Part shown: positions 1 through 10,253 of the stretch, piece by piece
Layout: the number at the start of each line of letters is the position of its first letter
How positions within the stretch are numbered: the stretch's first letter is position 1
From: a virus
Lineage: Duplodnaviria; Heunggongvirae; Uroviricota; Caudoviricetes
Reading direction: 5' to 3' (one strand)
DNA: 64,000 nt
Virus record (IMG/VR): IMGVR_UViG_3300027797_000011
Position numbers and translations under genes: made by a program
Notes under the pieces: generated by a model
The model's database searches: none
The model's input: only the letters and a program-made list of their open reading frames with translations
Told to the model about the DNA's origin: nothing

Positions 1-3000
1 GTGACAATATTTTTAATTGTTGATTCTAAGCTAGTTGATTCATTAACTTTAGGTGCCATCAATGCATTGAACAATCTTTCAGCTACAGGAGCAGGTTGTT
101 GTTGAGTTTGTTGTTGTATTCCCATACCTTTCCTTGTTATATCCATTAAATGGTTGATCCAATCCTCGCCTAATTTTTTAACATCGAACGCATTTGACCA
201 TACAGCCAATGCTTTCTCTGGCGGATCACTTTTTAAACTGTTGCGTAACATTGTTCCGCTAATTCCAGTTCCTCGAGGTGTAACACCGAGGCTTACCTTA
301 ACATGCTCGTACCCTTGAAACTTATTAACAGCCTTCATTAATGCTTGGGGCATATTAAGATCTTTCCGATCTTCGCCTACCATGATAACAATATTATCAT
401 AACGTGGAGGCTTATTTGGCAATGGATTAATTAATTCATGTTTGATCTTTTGTATTAATTGTCCACCTTGTTGTACTGTGCTAATATTTTTAGCATACTC
501 GGGATATAATTTGTGCCATGTTTGTACCTTGACTGCTGGCGGAATAGGATCATCTTTGCCTTCAGCATTGCCAATAAACAAATAAGGATCACCGCCTAGT
601 TCGCTGGCCTTATTAATTGTATAGTTAAACAGTTCTTCGTGTCCTTTATGCCCAATAAAGGATCCTATTGCTACTACAGCAGTCTTAGATTCGCCTCTCG
701 GACGTTCTGTTCTTGCTGATGTTTTGGCGGCCTGCTTACCGGCAATGACTGCACGTTGTTCTGTACTGGTAATTTTTACAGGACCTAATCTTGTGTTTAG
801 TACAATACCTTCGTAGTCTTTGCCTAACATATCTTTACCGACAATGTTAGGATCTTCTGCAATGGCTTTTTCTAATGCAAGTTTAACTGGTTGTAATTGT
901 GCTTCAACATTTTTTCTAAGTTCTAAGCTAGTACGATCTCTTTTACCTGCGGTATCTGATACTATGCTTTTTAGTTCTTCAATATTTTCTAACGGTGGAA
1001 CAATTGCGGTAACATCTAATGCTTTGTTTTGTGTTAGACTGTTGTCGATAAACATAACACTACTTTGTTGTCCGAGGCCTGTTAATTCTTTTATAACTTC
1101 CTGAGAATTTTCAACAGGCTCACCTGTACTAGCAGTTACTACGTTTAATGGAACTAGTGCAAGTTGTACACCTTGTGGAAGTTTGTCATAATGAATACCA
1201 ACAAACTTTAATTTACCTTCTTCAGTTTCTGTAGCAAATGGTAAAAATAATACTTCACAACTTACTTGTTTGTCTATTAAAAAGTCTGGCCCTAACTTGC
1301 TGTCAACTAATTTAACAGCGTTCATCATTTCTACAAACAAGTCATCAAACAGTTTAGCACGACCTAGTATCTCTGGATCTTGTGTACCTTTTTCTTGATG
1401 GTATTTTACAAATCCCGGTGCATATCTTGGCTCAGTCCGGCTGGTACCCATAAAAGGTTTACCATCTGCGTTCTTACCAAATCGCCCACCAAAGCCGTCT
1501 ACCTTAACATTTAACGGCATATTTTCTAATTTGAAATTACCGTTACCGTCGTGTATCTCATCTAGTAAATCTAAAAAGTCAGCGGCCTTAAGATCTTTAA
1601 GATGCGGCATGCCTTTACGCAGTTGTGCTTTTACTTCGGCTTCGTTTAAACTTTCGTGTTTAGCCTTACCAGCTTTCATATTAGCCATCCAATGTGCTAA
1701 CTGTCCTTTACGTCCGCCTTGTTTGGCAACATTGCGTAATGTACTTATGCTTGCTTTGGTTGGAACTCCGTGACGTTTGCTGTCGCCCTTGTCTTGCGGA
1801 TTCTTTCCATCGGCAAAGTTCTCCGCCACACCTTGCTTACTTTCATTCATACCTTCTGCACCATATTGAGCAATTTTACCTGCTTTGTGCATGTTCTTTA
1901 CTTGTTTGAATACTTTATCTAAATCATCAGTAACACGAACTATCCACCCTTGATCGGCGATGTATTTGAATGGGTCACCAATGGGCACCTGCTTGATAGG
2001 CTTACTAGGATTTTCACTAAACCATTCACCTGTAGGTAATTGTCTGAAATCGCTAGCATCAAACACAGTTAAGTAAGTTTTACGACTACGCATTGCTGGC
2101 AAATCTTTGCGGTCAAAATAAACAATGGGTTGGCCGTTTTGTGTAAACTCTACATAGCGTGTTTCGTGTGCGTTGCCAGTTGCGTATAATGCTGTTCTCC
2201 TTGGATCACCAGCAAACAATCCTTTAGTAGTATTAGTTTTAAGATTTTTATTCTTCCAATAACTATCGTCACCTGTGTCTACACCACTTTGGCTCCAATC
2301 ATCCGTATGCTTGTATGCTTTAAGACTAGACCCAAAATCCGTGATAGGGTTACTATCAATTCGTGTAACCGTTGCTCCTTCCGCCACACCTTGCCCCACA
2401 TTATCTCTATAAGGCCTTACCCAAGTAAATCTTGTGTCAGCAGGTATCCATTTGATACCCAGCCCATTGTTGCCTTTGGCAGGATCCATATCTACCAGCA
2501 ACCAGTTTTTTTCATCGCTAAATGGTACCGTATGTGCTTTCTTCAAGATGCGAATAATTTTGCCCGAGTCTGCTATCTTGCCCATCATGGCATCTTCATT
2601 CTTAATGCTTTCACCCCCGCCATCACCACCCCCGCCATCACCTGAACTGTCTCCGCTGTAGTCAGCGTAATATCCATATCCACCGTACAGGCCAGGACCA
2701 TAGGCAGCATGACGAGCTTTACGTTTTTTATTACGGCGTTCTTCTAAAGTTTGTGTATCAGCAAAGTTTTCATTTGCGGGTTGACTTGCGGCTTTTGCTC
2801 TCTTCAATGCGGCACGTGGTTGTTTTTCTTCCGGATGTTCTTTCTTGTAGGCTTGCACTTCATTGAACTCATCCATGTAGGCCTTGCCCATTTCTATGGC
2901 AGTATTTCTCAACTTACCTAGCTTGCCCACCTTAACAAAGTTATCAATTGCGGCAAACTTAATTTCTTGATCACGCTCTGGATCATTCTTAGTGATCATT

Positions 3001-4049
3001 TGAGCATTACCTGGCTCAAAACAAAGATCTAAGAAAGCCATAAACACACTTTCTTTAGAAGCAGGATCTGGAATATATTTGTTAATTAACTCGAGTGTTC
3101 CTAAGAAACTCTTTTGTAATTCTTTATCATTGCCTTCGGGATTTGCGCCAAAGAAATAGTAGAATTGTTTATCTAAATTCTGTATGTAGGTTCTCTGAGC
3201 AGATGGTATTAATCTCTTGTAAGGAACTTCGTCCTTGTGAGTTTGCTTTTCACCAGTCTCTGGATCGGTATTAATATAAGGTTCGTACTTTTGACTTAGC
3301 CCGCCCCCCTGACCACTAGCAACTGCAAACGATAAATCGTTGTCACGTACATTTGGTTTAATATTTGTTTTTGTTTTCTTTACATCTACTTGATGTTTAA
3401 CACTACTATGTGCAGAAGTTAATGCACGATATATGTATTTGTGAAAAACACCTTTGATGCCTGCTTGAATGTCGTTCCATTCTGAACTATGACTAAAGCG
3501 ATACCACTCATCGGGCATGTCTGTTTCTGTATCATATCGACCAAATTCAAAATCTATTTGAATTTTAATAGGAGGATCTTGGAATTGAAATAGTGCATTA
3601 AGTTGTTCACTACCTTGACTAAATCCTAATAGTGTTGTATCGCCTATTTGTTTATGATCGTATGCAGTTAAAAAATCTCTAATCTCTGGTTCAAGTTCTT
3701 TATTACATTGTGTATCAATGTCGCCAACTTTAGGTTTATGTTTAGTAAACTCTTTGTCACTAATACCATCTGTATTAAAGAAATGTAAACTACTGCCACC
3801 TAAGAATTGTTTTGATTGTAGTAAATTAGGATTCCACAATGGCTTTTTGTATTTGCTATAAAAAGCACCATTGATGTCGTTTAATAATTTATCTAGTAAC
3901 CCCACCATAAAACTACGGTTTTGTACTTTGAGATCGATCTCGTCAGCTTGATAAGGTGCAGTGGGATCGTTAGGATTGGGTAATTCTAAGTTGCCACCTT
4001 CAAAAAGAGGAACAGTCTTTTTAGGTTTGAATAACTCGTTTAAGATCAT
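1..4049 (-). CDS. Very large multidomain protein (over 1340 aa), 3' end truncated by the window edge. Contains a ligase/capping-type motif I (NVKVDGFGGRFG), a Gly/Asp low-complexity linker and an HxGH-like segment.
   Basis: ATG at 4047-4049 (minus) overlaps the stop of the upstream gene in an ATGA arrangement. A continuous minus-strand frame was translated by eye down to position 1. No complete minus ORF appears in the track for 1-4045, and the plus-strand ORFs there are short and mirror-like. Motif KVDG(F)GGRFG sits near 1480-1500; GYGYYADYSGDSSGDGGGGDGGGES near 2600-2700. Confidence 0.6.
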   Translation of the reverse strand, partial: MILNELFKPKKTVPLFEGGNLELPNPNDPTAPYQADEIDLKVQNRSFMVGLLDKLLNDINGAFYSKYKKPLWNPNLLQSKQFLGGSSLHFFNTDGISDKEFTKHKPKVGDIDTQCNKELEPEIRDFLTAYDHKQIGDTTLLGFSQGSEQLNALFQFQDPPIKIQIDFEFGRYDTETDMPDEWYRFSHSSEWNDIQAGIKGVFHKYIYRALTSAHSSVKHQVDVKKTKTNIKPNVRDNDLSFAVASGQGGGLSQKYEPYINTDPETGEKQTHKDEVPYKRLIPSAQRTYIQNLDKQFYYFFGANPEGNDKELQKSFLGTLELINKYIPDPASKESVFMAFLDLCFEPGNAQMITKNDPERDQEIKFAAIDNFVKVGKLGKLRNTAIEMGKAYMDEFNEVQAYKKEHPEEKQPRAALKRAKAASQPANENFADTQTLEERRNKKRKARHAAYGPGLYGGYGYYADYSGDSSGDGGGGDGGGESIKNEDAMMGKIADSGKIIRILKKAHTVPFSDEKNWLLVDMDPAKGNNGLGIKWIPADTRFTWVRPYRDNVGQGVAEGATVTRIDSNPITDFGSSLKAYKHTDDWSQSGVDTGDDSYWKNKNLKTNTTKGLFAGDPRRTALYATGNAHETRYVEFTQNGQPIVYFDRKDLPAMRSRKTYLTVFDASDFRQLPTGEWFSENPSKPIKQVPIGDPFKYIADQGWIVRVTDDLDKVFKQVKNMHKAGKIAQYGAEGMNESKQGVAENFADGKNPQDKGDSKRHGVPTKASISTLRNVAKQGGRKGQLAHWMANMKAGKAKHESLNEAEVKAQLRKGMPHLKDLKAADFLDLLDEIHDGNGNFKLENMPLNVKVDGFGGRFGKNADGKPFMGTSRTEPRYAPGFVKYHQEKGTQDPEILGRAKLFDDLFVEMMNAVKLVDSKLGPDFLIDKQVSCEVLFLPFATETEEGKLKFVGIHYDKLPQGVQLALVPLNVVTASTGEPVENSQEVIKELTGLGQQSSVMFIDNSLTQNKALDVTAIVPPLENIEELKSIVSDTAGKRDRTSLELRKNVEAQLQPVKLALEKAIAEDPNIVGKDMLGKDYEGIVLNTRLGPVKITSTEQRAVIAGKQAAKTSARTERPRGESKTAVVAIGSFIGHKGHEELFNYTINKASELGGDPYLFIGNAEGKDDPIPPAVKVQTWHKLYPEYAKNISTVQQGGQLIQKIKHELINPLPNKPPRYDNIVIMVGEDRKDLNMPQALMKAVNKFQGYEHVKVSLGVTPRGTGISGTMLRNSLKSDPPEKALAVWSNAFDVKKLGEDWINHLMDITRKGMGIQQQTQQQPAPVAERLFNALMAPKVNESTSLESTIKNIV

Positions 4050-4450
4050 TTTTTATGATCTCCGACCTGATAGTAATCTTCTTGCACATCATCTATAAAC
4101 TTATCACAAAGTCTTTTGCATAGTTCGTCTTTAAAATCTTCGTCAAATAGCTTTGCTGGATTATCTGTTAGTTTATGATGTTTGTAAAATAACCTACAGC
4201 CTTTATTAACCATAGGCATCCATGATTTAGTGAATCTGTTTCTGTTAAAATCTGGTGAAGTTATCTGTGTTTTTAATTCTTTTACAAATGGTAGAACATG
4301 TGCTTTGTGTAGTGCATCATTATCAATAATATACCAAAATAGCTCATCGGCCATCTTGGCTTTTTCTTCTTCTGTTTTACTTTTGCCGTAATCGGGGAAT
4401 TTCCTATCTTTTTTGTCGACAGGGACGTTAAAAAATTCGTATAGTTTCAT
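4046..4450 (-). CDS. hypothetical protein (134 aa)
   Basis: ORF track. 4-nt ATGA coupling to the downstream giant ORF. Confidence 0.6.
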   Translation of the reverse strand: MKLYEFFNVPVDKKDRKFPDYGKSKTEEEKAKMADELFWYIIDNDALHKAHVLPFVKELKTQITSPDFNRNRFTKSWMPMVNKGCRLFYKHHKLTDNPAKLFDEDFKDELCKRLCDKFIDDVQEDYYQVGDHKK

Positions 4451-4541
4451 AATGTTTATTGAGCCCTATAAGACACTAAATCATGGATATTCATCAAATA
4501 CTCCGTATGGAATATTTATGCAGTTTTAACCAATCAGAGAT

Positions 4542-4967
4542 TTAGTGATTATAGTTGACAAACAGCAAACTACCTGGTGGCGAAGACGCTTCTCGGTGTA
4601 TTTTTGCTCGGACCCATATGAAATTGCCGTTAAAATTAACGTAATTTGTAGTGGTAGTTACAACAGCATTGGCCCCTCGAGCATACATTATAGGTGTACT
4701 ATCTACATCAAACCAATCTCCGGTCCCCGGAACTACAGTTAAGCTGGCCTGTATAGTACAGGTGCCTGCAAAATTAGGAGCAACAGTATAAGAAACAGTA
4801 TGTAGTCCATCGGATGATCCGTAGTATCCATCACCTTTTAGTTTATCACTATAGAATAGTGTAGCACCTGTAGGTGAAACTGCGGTACTAGGAATAGAGA
4901 CGCTATTGCTAATAACGCCTGTTCCTGAGTTGATTTGAAATACAAACTGTTGACTTAAATTGGACAT
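4542..4967 (-). CDS. hypothetical Ser/Thr/Gly-rich protein (141 aa), possibly structural
   Basis: ORF track. Composition resembles the fibre-like proteins elsewhere in the window. Confidence 0.5.
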   Translation of the reverse strand: MSNLSQQFVFQINSGTGVISNSVSIPSTAVSPTGATLFYSDKLKGDGYYGSSDGLHTVSYTVAPNFAGTCTIQASLTVVPGTGDWFDVDSTPIMYARGANAVVTTTTNYVNFNGNFIWVRAKIHREASSPPGSLLFVNYNH

Positions 4968-4982
4968 TGAGTATTTATCTTG

Positions 4983-7247
4983 TTAAACAGTTTCTGCTTC
5001 GGTGGTGTTTTTAACTGATAGCACTTCTACGTAATTAATACACAGAGTATCTTTATCAACAGTTAATTCAACAACTCCGCCATCAACTAGTTTTCCAAAT
5101 AGGATTTCTTTACTCAATGGTTTCTTGATAAACTCATCAATAGTACGTTGTAGTGGACGAGCACCCATTTTACTGTCAAATCCTTTCTTGATTAACAGCT
5201 CAACAGCGTCTGCGTTAAGTTTAACATGAACGTTTCTATCTTTGAGTAGCACATTGAGCTCATCAATAAACTTCTTAACAATTTTAATCATTGTTGTTTG
5301 GTCTAACTTACCAAAGCGGATAATACCGTCCAATCGATTGCGGAATTCAGGAGCAAAGAATTTGTTAATAGCATCCTTAGGATCGCTGTCTCGTTCTAAA
5401 CTACCAAAACCTACGCTATTCTTTTCAGAATCTGCCGCACCTAAATTACTGGTCATAATAAGAATAGCATTGCGTCCGTCTGCTTTCTTACCATTACTAC
5501 CGGTAATAAATCCGTTGTCCATTAATTGAAGCATAATGGTTAACACATCGGGGTGCGCCTTTTCAACTTCGTCTAACAACAGAACACAATTAGGATGTTC
5601 TTGTAGTTTAGTAATCAATTGACCTGCATTGTCATCAAATCCAATATAGCCCGGAGGAGCACCAATAAACTTAGCAATAGAGTGTTTCTCTTGGAATTCG
5701 CTCATATCAAAGCGTACTAGTTCTACACTCATGCCTAAAGCAAGTTGTTTAGCAACTTCTGTTTTACCAACACCGGTTGGTCCTGCAAACAAGAAACTAC
5801 CTACTGGTTTATTAAGAGCTTTTAACCCTGCCTGTGCAATATAGATTTTATCAAGCAATGTTTCGATCGCTTTTTCCTGTCCATATACTTTACTACGCAG
5901 ATTTTTATCTAGGTCTTTAAGATTACGACTTTCTTTTGATGCAATTTGATCTAACGGCAACCCTGTAATCTTACTTACTTCAAATACAATTTCATCATGG
6001 TCTACTACACCATTATCTTCGTCTTTAACCTTGAAGCGGGCACAGGCACAATCAATTAGGTCGATTGCTTTATCTGGTAATTTCTTGTCGCTCATGTACT
6101 TAACGCTATACTTAACCGCATCCACTATTGCCTGCTTGTTAATCTTAACGCCATGGTATTTTTCGTAATATTTTTTAAGCCCCATAAGGATCTTAATAGC
6201 AGTTGCTTCGTCGGGCTCGCCCACCGTGACACGTTGGAACCGACGCATTAGGGCACGATCCTTTTCAAAGTGCTTACGGAATTCTTCCCACGTGGTACTA
6301 GCAATAACTTTAATACTTCCTTTACCCAATACAGGTTTAAGCATATTACTCATATCGTTACTGCCACCACCGACTGCCCCAGCACCGCTCATCATATGAG
6401 CTTCGTCAATAAACAAGATACACTTCTTTTTCTTTTCTAGCGCACTAATAACCATCTTTAGGCGTTCTTCAAAGTCTCCACGATACTTGCTTCCGGCAAG
6501 CATGGCACTAATATCCAAACTATAAACTGTATGATCTTTAATAAACTTAGGAACGTTGCCTTCTTCAATCCTACGTGCTAGACCTTCTGCAATAGCAGTC
6601 TTACCTACACCAGGATCTCCGATCATCATAACATTAGCCTTGGTTCTACGTGCAAGAACAAGAGTAATTTCTTCAATTTCTTTTTCACGGCCAATTACCG
6701 GATCTATTTGTTTAGCCTTAACTTTAGCAGTTAGACTTGTGCAATATTGCACAATGATTTTTTCTAAATGTCTGTTACTAACTTCTTCGGAATCTATATC
6801 ATCTGTATTAGATCCTTCCTTGTTTAGAAAATCAATAAACTTGTCTTTATCAATTTTAGCTTTACGCATAAAATACAATGCATGGCTTTTCTTTTCACTG
6901 AATATGCTAAGGAAACAATCAATAGGTTCAATCTTAGATCGTCCGCTAAACAATACTTGTGTAAATGCTCTATTCAACATTCTTTCCATAGAATGTGTTT
7001 TCTTTGGTTTATCATCAAATTCTGCATTAATAATTTCTTTTAGTTCTTTATTTAGAAAGATTTCGATATCTTTCTGTAGTAAACTAACTTCGGATCCGTA
7101 ACTTGTTAAAAGTTCTTTAAACTTTTCATCTTCTAATAGACTATGCAAAAAATGTTCTAGTGTAAGAAACTCGTGTTTATACTTTGTAGCTAATTCTACA
7201 GCTCGTTCAAAGATTACAGTTAAACTTTTATCTGGTTCTAACATCAA
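4983..7247 (-). CDS. clpA: ClpA-like AAA+ unfoldase with two AAA+ modules
   Basis: 754 aa. Clp N-domain at the N-terminus. Walker A motifs GDPGVGKT and GPTGVGKT. Length and architecture match ClpA rather than ClpB. Confidence 0.85.
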   Translation of the reverse strand: MMLEPDKSLTVIFERAVELATKYKHEFLTLEHFLHSLLEDEKFKELLTSYGSEVSLLQKDIEIFLNKELKEIINAEFDDKPKKTHSMERMLNRAFTQVLFSGRSKIEPIDCFLSIFSEKKSHALYFMRKAKIDKDKFIDFLNKEGSNTDDIDSEEVSNRHLEKIIVQYCTSLTAKVKAKQIDPVIGREKEIEEITLVLARRTKANVMMIGDPGVGKTAIAEGLARRIEEGNVPKFIKDHTVYSLDISAMLAGSKYRGDFEERLKMVISALEKKKKCILFIDEAHMMSGAGAVGGGSNDMSNMLKPVLGKGSIKVIASTTWEEFRKHFEKDRALMRRFQRVTVGEPDEATAIKILMGLKKYYEKYHGVKINKQAIVDAVKYSVKYMSDKKLPDKAIDLIDCACARFKVKDEDNGVVDHDEIVFEVSKITGLPLDQIASKESRNLKDLDKNLRSKVYGQEKAIETLLDKIYIAQAGLKALNKPVGSFLFAGPTGVGKTEVAKQLALGMSVELVRFDMSEFQEKHSIAKFIGAPPGYIGFDDNAGQLITKLQEHPNCVLLLDEVEKAHPDVLTIMLQLMDNGFITGSNGKKADGRNAILIMTSNLGAADSEKNSVGFGSLERDSDPKDAINKFFAPEFRNRLDGIIRFGKLDQTTMIKIVKKFIDELNVLLKDRNVHVKLNADAVELLIKKGFDSKMGARPLQRTIDEFIKKPLSKEILFGKLVDGGVVELTVDKDTLCINYVEVLSVKNTTEAETV

Positions 7248-7750
7248 TATTTCCTTTTAGTTTTAGTTGATTTTTTTACTGCCATTGCCCATTTTAGGGG
7301 ACTAATACGATCTTGATATACAATACCTTCAAGGTGATCAAATTCGTGTAGGAAACATCTAGCGGTGTACCCTTCTATTTCGGTTGTTAATGTTTCACCC
7401 GAACTATTTTGCCATTGCGCCTTAATAACTTTGGGGCGTTTTATATTAGCAAATATTCCTGGGAAACTCAAACAACCTTCACTATCATCAACCATTGAAT
7501 CACCGCCGGATTCGATGATTACCGGATTAAAAATTCCTACAGCATTATCTGGATGTTCTTTAGAACCCATAACAAACACTCTAGTTTTAATACCGACTTG
7601 ATTCGCGGCAAGACCAATAGCATCATTAGCTATCATAGTCTCGATCATTTCTTTTTCTAACTCTTTTGGATCTACAATAGGATTACTGAAATCAAAATCA
7701 GGCATCCTTTCTCGCAGAATTTCATTGGGGAATTTAACTACTTTATACAT
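7244..7750 (-). CDS. def: peptide deformylase
   Basis: Motifs GLAANQVG, EGCLSFPG and HEFDHLEG, the three canonical PDF motifs. 168 aa. Confidence 0.9.
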   Translation of the reverse strand: MYKVVKFPNEILRERMPDFDFSNPIVDPKELEKEMIETMIANDAIGLAANQVGIKTRVFVMGSKEHPDNAVGIFNPVIIESGGDSMVDDSEGCLSFPGIFANIKRPKVIKAQWQNSSGETLTTEIEGYTARCFLHEFDHLEGIVYQDRISPLKWAMAVKKSTKTKRKY

Positions 7751-7758
7751 ATTATTGT

Positions 7759-8625
7759 TTATGATTGATGAAACTTACTTAGTAACTCTACTTGACCGGG
7801 AGTTAATTGTGTGGGTATTTCAATATTAATAGGCATCAACATTCTGCCTCTGAATCTGTTGTCGTTAATATTAGGCATACCATATCCGGCCGCACTTAGT
7901 ATCTGTCCGTGCTGTGTTCCCGGATTAATTGTTACTTCCAATGTTCGACCGTCGATTGTATCAATTGATAATTTGCATCCCAGTATTGCCTCGACACACA
8001 TAACATTTATTTGTTTAACAAGATCGTCGCCTTGTCTTACAAATCCTCTATGTGCGGCAACTGACACAGTTAAATGAATGTCTCCTCTTGGAACATGAGG
8101 GTGTGAATCGTCACCTAGTCCTTGTACCTTTAACATGGTACCGTCTTGAATACCTGCTGGTATTTTAATATTGATAGTTTGGTTTCTTCCACTAGGTAGT
8201 GTTACTTCCGCTAACCAATCTCTACCATAGAACGCTTCTTCTAATGTAATATTTGTCTGTACATTAATTGATAAGTTTCTAGGCTGTTGCGGTCGTTGTC
8301 TAAAAAATGAAAATGGATCAACGTCTGGAGGCCGGTTAAAAAAATGTGCAAACATTTCTTCTGGATTTACATGCATACCGTTATATGCCTGGTGCGCTCT
8401 TTGATTTTCAAACCAGGGATCTGATCCTCGCGGATTTCGATCATATTCTGAACGTCTAGTAGGGTCGCTTAAGATACTGTATGCAATTTGCACATTTTTA
8501 AATATTTCGCCATCACCACCTTTATCGGGATGATGTTGCCCAGCCAACTTTCGATAGGCTTTTTTTATATCTTCGTATGAAGCGTCTTTTTGGACGCCTA
8601 GTGTTGAGTAATGGTCTGTTAGCAT
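7759..8625 (-). CDS. DnaJ/CbpA-type J-domain co-chaperone (no zinc-finger repeats)
   Basis: N-terminal J domain YSTLGV...[14 protein letters not shown] containing the HPD tripeptide. DnaJ C-terminal beta-domains follow. 288 aa. Confidence 0.85.
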   Translation of the reverse strand: MLTDHYSTLGVQKDASYEDIKKAYRKLAGQHHPDKGGDGEIFKNVQIAYSILSDPTRRSEYDRNPRGSDPWFENQRAHQAYNGMHVNPEEMFAHFFNRPPDVDPFSFFRQRPQQPRNLSINVQTNITLEEAFYGRDWLAEVTLPSGRNQTINIKIPAGIQDGTMLKVQGLGDDSHPHVPRGDIHLTVSVAAHRGFVRQGDDLVKQINVMCVEAILGCKLSIDTIDGRTLEVTINPGTQHGQILSAAGYGMPNINDNRFRGRMLMPINIEIPTQLTPGQVELLSKFHQS

Positions 8626-8633
8626 AATAATTG

Positions 8634-8667
8634 AAAAAAGGTATAGTACAATTAATTATACTATACC
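8634..8667 (-). terminator. rho-independent terminator after the small secreted-protein gene
   Basis: Perfect 9-bp stem GGTATAGTA/TACTATACC with a 10-nt loop. In the minus sense it is followed by UUUUUU. Confidence 0.6.
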
Positions 8668-8687
8668 TTCCCCTGGGAGTCAAGTTT

Positions 8688-8891
8688 TTATTTCTTTTCT
8701 GGTACTTTTGTACCTTCTAATTTTTTATGAACTTTAATCTTCTTGCAGTCCTGTTTTACGGAACCGTCTTTATTTTTGACAGGCTTGCCGGCCTTATCTA
8801 ATTTGTCATGACATACTTCTTTGGTTTCACCACCTGCATACACATTGGTTGTCAAAAATCCAACAAGTAATAATGCTAATAATTTTTTCAT
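8688..8891 (-). CDS. small Lys-rich secreted protein (67 aa) with signal peptide
   Basis: N-terminus MKKLLALLLVGFLTTNVYA; two Cys; very basic. Confidence 0.55.
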   Translation of the reverse strand: MKKLLALLLVGFLTTNVYAGGETKEVCHDKLDKAGKPVKNKDGSVKQDCKKIKVHKKLEGTKVPEKK

Positions 8892-8900
8892 TTGTTTTCC

Positions 8901-9443
8901 TTATAGTACTGGATCTACTTGTGGAGCTGGAGCAGGTTTGCCTCCAAATCCGCTTGTTACTGAGGGGGTCGATGTTGTAGGCGCTGGTGCTCCAAATCCT
9001 GAACCACTATTAAAGCCTGTTGGCGCTGTAGATGAGCTTCCAAAGCTGCCTCCGCTAACGCTACTTGCCGGAGGTGTTGTGCCGCCGCCAAATCCGGCGC
9101 CTGCAATTGGTGCTGGCGGAGTATATGTTGTGCCGCCTGTTGGTAAGGTAAGTCCGCCATTGTTTGCTCCACTTAATTTTTCTTGAGTTCGACCGTATGC
9201 ACTGATACCAATAACGGCACCCATAGCAATATGGAATAATCCTGCTCCCTGTAATGTTATTGGTTGCCATTGTACATTTACTGCGCCATGACTTATGGAT
9301 TGTAACAGGCTCCATAATATAGGAAATACTACAAAATCCGTAGTACAAACCAACATATACATCCAGCCCATCATTGGACGCCATTTTGAATTCATCCAAT
9401 CTTCTTTTTTCTGTTCGCTCTCGCTTTTAACTTCTTCTGCCAT
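8901..9443 (-). CDS. multi-pass membrane protein with a Gly/Pro/Ser/Thr-rich FG-repeat-like C-terminal tail. Holin candidate.
   Basis: About 3 hydrophobic helices in residues 25-85. C-terminal 90 aa are low complexity with GFGG, SFGS, GFNS and GFGA repeats. Sits at the edge of the lysis region. Confidence 0.55.
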   Translation of the reverse strand: MAEEVKSESEQKKEDWMNSKWRPMMGWMYMLVCTTDFVVFPILWSLLQSISHGAVNVQWQPITLQGAGLFHIAMGAVIGISAYGRTQEKLSGANNGGLTLPTGGTTYTPPAPIAGAGFGGGTTPPASSVSGGSFGSSSTAPTGFNSGSGFGAPAPTTSTPSVTSGFGGKPAPAPQVDPVL

Positions 9444-9470
9444 ATTTCGCTCCTAGTGTGCAATTATTTA

Positions 9471-10253
9471 TTATCGTCCAACATATATCTTGGGTTCAGC
9501 TTCAGCTCGGCGTTTTTCTTCGCTTTTAGGGAATAATCCGTCACCGTATTGTGGGTATTTTTGTTGTCTATCGTATGCTACCCACATGAACACTCCGCCC
9601 ATAACAAATATTATTATTATAATCGCTACACCGATGATCAACTCTTCTCTCAGCTGTTTCATACGGGCCGCACGTCTACGATCCTGTACCTCTTGAATTT
9701 TCATTTGTTTGATGATGAGAACTTTTTGTTCTTTACCCATTTCACGCATCATTTCTTCTACTTCTGTATAAAGCGCACCCAATTCTTTAGGGCTTTGATA
9801 CACCATTATCTCACGTAATTCAGTACCCATTTGTTCTAATTGCTTACGCATTAGAACACGTTGTAGCGCACGTTTACCTAGACTATCATCTCCTGTATAT
9901 AATTGTGTTTTACTACGGCGTTCTTCTTCAGCAAAAATTGCCATGCATTTGTTTAAGTTATCGTAATATGCGCCAAGATGATTACCAATCTCTGTGTAAA
10001 CACCGGTATGCTCGCCCGAGTTAGCCTTTTTGTTTAACTCGACAACTTCGTTTTTTGTACGAATGTATTGATTACGTTGCTCTACTGTGGCTGGTTTTTC
10101 AGGAGGGTGAAGTTTTTGGAACTGTGCATCGATGTCTTTTAATACATCTTTGACATCACCGGCTGCACCCTTGATATCTTTATAGAGTTTACACCCAGCC
10201 TTAACTGCGGAGACTGCTCCGTTAGCTAACGCAAAGAGTGTTAAGGGATCCAT
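9471..10253 (-). CDS. coiled-coil protein with C-terminal TM anchor (260 aa)
   Basis: Starts MDPLTLFALANGAVSAV. Long charged helical region. C-terminal IIGVAIIIIIFVMGGVFMWVAY. Paralogous to 10536..11150. Confidence 0.6.
   Translation of the reverse strand: MDPLTLFALANGAVSAVKAGCKLYKDIKGAAGDVKDVLKDIDAQFQKLHPPEKPATVEQRNQYIRTKNEVVELNKKANSGEHTGVYTEIGNHLGAYYDNLNKCMAIFAEEERRSKTQLYTGDDSLGKRALQRVLMRKQLEQMGTELREIMVYQSPKELGALYTEVEEMMREMGKEQKVLIIKQMKIQEVQDRRRAARMKQLREELIIGVAIIIIIFVMGGVFMWVAYDRQQKYPQYGDGLFPKSEEKRRAEAEPKIYVGR

Noticed and set aside
820-2661. Plus-strand ORFs of 71-118 aa in the first 4 kb
   Set aside because: They lie antisense inside the continuous >1340-aa minus-strand frame, have no RBS and give low-complexity, mirror-like translations. 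Treated as shadow ORFs.
8901-9443. Firm holin assignment
   Set aside because: The position and TM count fit, but the long disordered FG-like tail is atypical and I cannot match a known holin family by eye. Kept as a candidate only.
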